Virus record (IMG/VR): IMGVR_UViG_3300026189_000021
Location: 1 to 31,024 of that record
Length of the DNA: 31,024 bases
Source of the DNA: a virus
Lineage: Duplodnaviria > Caudoviricetes
Reading direction: 5' to 3' (one strand)
Below are positions 26,600 to 31,024 of this stretch, one piece after another. A program made the position numbers and the translations under genes. The notes under the pieces are model-generated. The model was not told the origin of the DNA. It saw nothing but the letters and a program-made list of their open reading frames with translations, and searched no databases. The first letter of the stretch is position 1; each line of letters starts with the position of its first letter.

Positions 26600-27469
26600 A
26601 TGAAGCGAGTAAATTACCTAAATAATAAAGATATATTAAAGGAAATCCATAAAAGCAAGAGTAGTTATTGCTACTATGTAGACCCAAAATACTCAGCATA
26701 TGACTTCATTTTAACAGATCCAATTGGAAAAATGACTAAAGCTAAAGTCGTACAAGCTCGAAGAAACAGAGCAGATAGACTTACTAAATTAAAAGCAGAA
26801 GAGTTAGGTTTATCTCGTGGAAAAGTATCTGAAGTACAAATAAAGTTAAAAGAAATTCCAGCTGAAGATGTAGTTGTCAGATGTTATACATACGATCATA
26901 TTCCAGACGAGCCAGATAGAAAAGCCAAACCAAAGACTGTGGCAGACACAAAAGTAAAATTAAATTTTATTCCTTTCAAGCACTATGTATTGAAAGATGA
27001 TGTGTGGACTGAAGTAGGAAGAAGCCATTGGGTTAATGGATTAGAAAATGGACATTTCAGTTTGGATCACGGAAAGATGACAAATAAGTTAGCATTGATG
27101 TTTATGAAACTTTGTGAACGTTATGGATCAAGAGGTAACTGGCGTGGCTATACCTACAATGATGAAATGAGATCACAAGCACTATTACAGTTATCACAAA
27201 TTGGATTGCAGTTTGATGAATCAAAATCAGAAAATCCATTTGCATATTACACGGCGGCCATTACCAATTCTTTTACCAGAATTTTAAACGTAGAAAAGAA
27301 ACACCAATCCTTAAGAGACGACATATTACAGGCACACGGACAAACGCCTTCATTTACAAGACAAATGGAAAATGAATCCAAGGCTATGGGCGAAGAACCT
27401 ATGATTCCACCTACTATAAAACGAGGTTGGGGATCCAATAAATTTGTTGACAAAAAAGCAAAAAAGTAA
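26600..27469 (+). CDS. Late-transcription sigma factor, T4 gp55-like (289 aa)
   Basis: NYLNNKD, NWRGYTYNDEM and FDESKSENPFAYYTAAITNSFTRILNVEKK are gp55 motifs. Adjacent to gp47/gp46. Confidence 0.9.
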   Translation: MKRVNYLNNKDILKEIHKSKSSYCYYVDPKYSAYDFILTDPIGKMTKAKVVQARRNRADRLTKLKAEELGLSRGKVSEVQIKLKEIPAEDVVVRCYTYDHIPDEPDRKAKPKTVADTKVKLNFIPFKHYVLKDDVWTEVGRSHWVNGLENGHFSLDHGKMTNKLALMFMKLCERYGSRGNWRGYTYNDEMRSQALLQLSQIGLQFDESKSENPFAYYTAAITNSFTRILNVEKKHQSLRDDILQAHGQTPSFTRQMENESKAMGEEPMIPPTIKRGWGSNKFVDKKAKK

Positions 27470-27475
27470 TACAAT
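27447..27475 (+). promoter_or_regulatory. sigma70-type promoter for gp47-gp46
   Basis: TTGACA (27447-27452), 17 nt, TACAAT (27470-27475), overlapping the 3' end of gp55. Confidence 0.7.
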
Positions 27476-27500
27476 TACTAATTGTTTGAGATAGAAATTT

Positions 27501-28505
27501 ATGTTTAAAAAAGCGGCCTGTTTTACGGATATTCACTTTGGTTTAAAGAATAACAGTCGACAGCATAACAATGACTGTGAAAATTTTACCAAGTGGTTTA
27601 TAGAAGAAGCAAAAGAGTTTGGTGCAGAGACTTGCATCTTCTTAGGAGATTGGCATCACCATAGATCCTCAATCAACATTAGTACACTCAATTATTCTAT
27701 CTCAAATCTCAAACGTCTGAGTGATAATTTTGAACAGGTATATTTCATAGTAGGGAATCACGATCTATTTTATCGTGACAAACGTGAAATATCCTCTGTG
27801 GTGTTTGCCAATGAGATTCCAAAAATAAAAGTAGTAAACGAAATCCTAGTAAAGGATGATGTTGCTATTGTTCCTTGGTTAATTGGAAACGAATGGAAAA
27901 AGATACAAAAAATAAAAGCCAAGTATATGTTTGGACATTTTGAATTACCAAACTTTAAAATGAATGCAATGGTAGAAATGCCAGACCACGGAGAAATACA
28001 AGCCAGTCACTTTAGCAATATTGAAAAAGTGTTTACTGGACACTTCCATAAAAGACAACATCAAGGAAACATAAGCTACATCGGAAATCCATTTGCACAC
28101 AATTATTCAGATGCGTGGGATAACGACAGAGGTTGTATGTTGTTGGAATGGGACAAAGAACCACAATACAAGATATGGGCAGATGGACCCAAGTATAGAA
28201 TTTTACCATTGAGCAAATTGCTAGAAGCACCAGATGATTATTTAGAAGCTGAATGTAACGTAAGAGTTAAAATTGATATGGACATCAGTTATGAAGAAGC
28301 AAACTTTATAAAAGAAAACTTTCAAAACACATATCAATTAAGAGAAATAAGCTTATTGCCTTACAAAGAAATTGAAGAAGAAATGGAGTTCCAAGGAGAA
28401 ATATCATTCAAGTCAGTAGATGAAATTGTACTTGATCAACTAGCTAAAGTTGAAAGTGATACTTTTGACAATAGTGTGCTAATAGAGATTTATAATAGAT
28501 TATGA
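27501..28505 (+). CDS. Recombination nuclease, gp47/SbcD/Mre11-like (334 aa)
   Basis: Phosphoesterase motifs TDIHFG, LGDWHH, GNHD, GHFE and GHFH. Confidence 0.95.
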   Translation: MFKKAACFTDIHFGLKNNSRQHNNDCENFTKWFIEEAKEFGAETCIFLGDWHHHRSSINISTLNYSISNLKRLSDNFEQVYFIVGNHDLFYRDKREISSVVFANEIPKIKVVNEILVKDDVAIVPWLIGNEWKKIQKIKAKYMFGHFELPNFKMNAMVEMPDHGEIQASHFSNIEKVFTGHFHKRQHQGNISYIGNPFAHNYSDAWDNDRGCMLLEWDKEPQYKIWADGPKYRILPLSKLLEAPDDYLEAECNVRVKIDMDISYEEANFIKENFQNTYQLREISLLPYKEIEEEMEFQGEISFKSVDEIVLDQLAKVESDTFDNSVLIEIYNRL

Positions 28506-30283
28506 TAAAGTTAAAAACGTTAACCATAAAAAACTTTATGAGTGTGGGTGCCGCAACTCAGGTAGTGAAACTAGATCAACCTGGACTAACTTTAGTATTA
28601 GGAAACAATTTAGATTTAGGTGGCGAAGGCTCACGGAACGGTACTGGTAAAACTACTATAATAAATGCATTGAGTTTTGTACTGTTTGGAGATGCAATAA
28701 CAAACATCAAACGTGATAACTTGATCAATAAAACCAATCAAAAGAATATGAACGTCACTTGTGAGTTTGAAGTAAACGGACACAGCTACAGGGTAGAACG
28801 TGGTCGTAAGCCAAATCACTTCAAGTTCATATGCGATGACCAAGTGGTCAATGAAAAGGATACCGACGAAGCACAGGGTGAAAACAGACTAACACAAGAT
28901 GAGATCAATCGTATATTTGGTATGAGCCACGGCTTGTTTAAACACCTAGTCGCACTCAACACGTACAATATGCCTTTCTTGGCAATGAAGCCCACAGAAC
29001 AACGAGAGCTTATAGAAGAGCTACTAGGTATAACGCAGTTAAGTGATAAAGCAGACAGGTTAAAAGAGCAGATACGTTTAACTAAAGCGGATATTACCAA
29101 CGAAGAAGCTAGAATAGAAGCAGTCAAGAAAAGCAATGAACGTATAGAAGAAACCATAAGGAAGTTTAAAATTAAAAGTACAGCTTGGGAGGAAGATAAA
29201 GAAAAACAAATAAAGCAGTTGGAACAAGCAGTAAACGAACTAAAGCAAACAGACATAGACAAAGAATTAGAACAGCACAAAGCACTAGCTGAATGGAAAG
29301 AGAAGTCACAAGAGCTTACTACACTTAACAAACAGCTAGATTATGATGTACGTGAAGAACAGTCATTGGAAACGACCCTTGAGAATTTGAGGGAGGAGTT
29401 GAAGAGCCTGGAGGAGGAAGTATGCCCTACGTGTAAACAAAGCTTACACGACGTCAAGGACCACGAAAAAATCGCCGCAAATACAAAAAATAATATAACG
29501 CATACAGAAGAAAAACACATACACATACAAAAAAATATGACACATACAAAAAATCGCATACACACACTCGGCGATATTGGACCTAAGCCTGCTACATTTT
29601 ACGACGATATAGATAAAGCATACGGACACAAACAGAATTTAAGTTCTTTACAGCAAGATCTTGATAGATTAAACACTCAAGAGAATCCGCACACAGAACA
29701 AATAGAAACATTAAAAAGTAAAAACATAGAACAAATAGATTATACTATGATGAATAATCTAACTAAACTAAAAGAACATCAAGAATTTTTATATAGATTA
29801 TTGACAAGCAAGGATTCATTTATTAGAAAGAAAATAATTGATCAAAACTTAAATTATTTGAATTCGAGACTTAATACATATCTAACAGATTTAGGTTTAC
29901 CACACGAAGTTGTATTCCAAAGTGATTTAGGTGTTGAAATAACTGAACTTGGAAGAGAGCTAGACTTTGATAATTTAAGTAGAGGTGAACGTAACAGACT
30001 TATACTTGGTTTAAGTTGGGCATTTAGAGATATATACGAGTCTACGAATGTACCTATTAACTTATTGTTTATAGATGAATTAATTGATAGTGGTATGGAT
30101 ACTCAAGGTGTTGAGTCGAGTATGGCTATATTGAAAAAACTGACCAGAGAAAGACAGAAAAATGTATTCTTGATTTCTCACAAAGATGAATTAACTGGAA
30201 GAGTTAATTCGATAATGAATGTTGTAAAAGAAAATGGATTTACATCATTTGGTGAGGACTTTGAAGTTGTATCTGTACACTAA
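28502..30283 (+). CDS. Recombination ATPase, gp46/SbcC/Rad50-like (593 aa)
   Basis: IKNFMS, Walker A NGTGKTT, coiled coil with CPTC zinc hook, signature LSRGE, Walker B LLFIDE and H-loop ISH. ATGA overlap with gp47. Confidence 0.95.
   Translation: MIKLKTLTIKNFMSVGAATQVVKLDQPGLTLVLGNNLDLGGEGSRNGTGKTTIINALSFVLFGDAITNIKRDNLINKTNQKNMNVTCEFEVNGHSYRVERGRKPNHFKFICDDQVVNEKDTDEAQGENRLTQDEINRIFGMSHGLFKHLVALNTYNMPFLAMKPTEQRELIEELLGITQLSDKADRLKEQIRLTKADITNEEARIEAVKKSNERIEETIRKFKIKSTAWEEDKEKQIKQLEQAVNELKQTDIDKELEQHKALAEWKEKSQELTTLNKQLDYDVREEQSLETTLENLREELKSLEEEVCPTCKQSLHDVKDHEKIAANTKNNITHTEEKHIHIQKNMTHTKNRIHTLGDIGPKPATFYDDIDKAYGHKQNLSSLQQDLDRLNTQENPHTEQIETLKSKNIEQIDYTMMNNLTKLKEHQEFLYRLLTSKDSFIRKKIIDQNLNYLNSRLNTYLTDLGLPHEVVFQSDLGVEITELGRELDFDNLSRGERNRLILGLSWAFRDIYESTNVPINLLFIDELIDSGMDTQGVESSMAILKKLTRERQKNVFLISHKDELTGRVNSIMNVVKENGFTSFGEDFEVVSVH
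29466..29567 (+). repeat. Cluster of short direct repeats inside gp46
   Basis: ATACA at 29481, 29502, 29519, 29525, 29544 and 29558; ACACATACAAAAAA at 29521 and 29540; AAAAAATCGC at 29466 and 29548. Confidence 0.7.
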
Positions 30284-30287
30284 TTAT

Positions 30288-30364
30288 AGGCGATTAGCTC
30301 AGTTGGTTAGAGCATTCCGTTGATAACGGAAAGGTCGTAAGTTCGAGTCTTACATCGCCTACCA
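30288..30364 (+). tRNA. tRNA-Ile (anticodon GAT)
   Basis: Acceptor AGGCGAT/ATCGCCT, D arm GCTC/GAGC, anticodon arm TTCCG-TTGATAA-CGGAA, T arm GTAAG-TTCGAGT-CTTAC, discriminator A and encoded CCA. Confidence 0.96.
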
Positions 30365-30368
30365 AATA

Positions 30369-30376
30369 CATAAATA
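30369..30376 (+). promoter_or_regulatory. Candidate late promoter box
   Basis: CATAAATA between the tRNA and ATG 30405. Confidence 0.45.
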
Positions 30377-30404
30377 CTATTAAAATTGGGGAAGATTATA
30401 TAAT

Positions 30405-31024
30405 ATGTTAATTAGAAAAAAATATCAATTACCTACAATGTGGAAGTTTAACAAGAAGTTTGACATTAAAAAACTTCAAGAAGAAGCTTTAAAATTAGGA
30501 AACAGTTATGGTAACGTAATGGAAACTAACAAAGCATTATGTTCTAATAACCACGAATTAGTTATGAGTGTATACAAACACTTCAAACAAATTAACTTAA
30601 CTGAATTTGATCCGAGTGCAGAGTCACCAACTGTTGAAAGCTGTGAAGCATTAGGAAAAACAGCGGGAACAGGTGATGAGTCGATTAGTAAAATTGCAAA
30701 ATACAAATTAAAATCAAGACGTGGAGAAAGCTTAGACCCAGCACTTAATGAACACAATTATAATACCCCAACTGAACAATACAAAGGAACTTATTTCGAA
30801 GAAGTTGTAAACTCTTTTAATGCAGATGCAATTAGAGTTAGACTTGTAAGATTAGATCCGGGTAAAACACTTACACCACATATTGACTACGATCCAACTT
30901 ATGCCGTAAGAGTTATTGTTCCAATCTTTGCAGAAAAAGAAGCTACAAATTATTTTTGGAGAAAAAGCAAAGAAGAAGCTTATCATTTAGAAGCAGATGG
31001 CTCAGCATATTTTTTAAACATTGG
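30405..31024 (+). CDS. Fe(II)/2-oxoglutarate oxygenase, aspartyl/asparaginyl beta-hydroxylase-like, truncated by the window edge
   Basis: Manually translated open frame MLIRKKYQLP...IRVRLVRLDPGKTLTPHIDYD...RVIVPIF...HLEADGSAYFLNI, with an HxD motif in a jelly-roll pattern. Absent from the ORF track because it has no stop in the window. Confidence 0.8.
   Translation, partial: MLIRKKYQLPTMWKFNKKFDIKKLQEEALKLGNSYGNVMETNKALCSNNHELVMSVYKHFKQINLTEFDPSAESPTVESCEALGKTAGTGDESISKIAKYKLKSRRGESLDPALNEHNYNTPTEQYKGTYFEEVVNSFNADAIRVRLVRLDPGKTLTPHIDYDPTYAVRVIVPIFAEKEATNYFWRKSKEEAYHLEADGSAYFLNI

Noticed and set aside
28816-29629. Minus-strand Cys/Phe/Ser-rich ORFs opposite gp46
   Set aside because: Explained by the A/C-rich, low-complexity plus strand. 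No initiation signals.
30288-30364. tRNA as a prophage attachment site
   Set aside because: No integrase or duplicated tRNA 3' end in the window, and phage-like sequence continues on both sides.
30506-30757. 83-aa minus-strand ORF
   Set aside because: Antisense to the better-supported hydroxylase-like ORF starting at 30405.

Overview
AT-rich (roughly 30% GC by eye) segment of a large T4-related myovirus, most similar in organisation to Rak2/GAP32-type jumbo phages. A marine host is likely but inferred. The minus strand carries a late baseplate/tail module: tube-initiator-like protein, gp53-like, 943-aa hub-like, gp5/VgrG-like spike, gp25, gp6-like, a 4073-aa giant wedge protein, a fibre-like protein and a truncated structural gene. 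This module is interrupted between gp5 and gp25 by a ~2 kb plus-strand island with sigma70-type promoters: ClpP, an acidic 82-aa protein, a basic 104-aa protein, two small membrane proteins and three related hairpins. After a divergent promoter region the plus strand carries the gp55 late sigma factor, gp47, gp46, tRNA-Ile(GAT) and a truncated Fe/2OG hydroxylase-like gene. The best leads are: the ClpP island, including a possibly catalytically dead GIY-YIG-fold protein; an identical 17-bp late promoter and apparently leaderless transcripts; a repeat-rich compositional anomaly inside gp46; and predicted Cu- and Ca-binding modules in baseplate proteins. No CRISPR array, integrase, transposase or reverse transcriptase is visible. 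All family calls come from motif recognition, not database searches.
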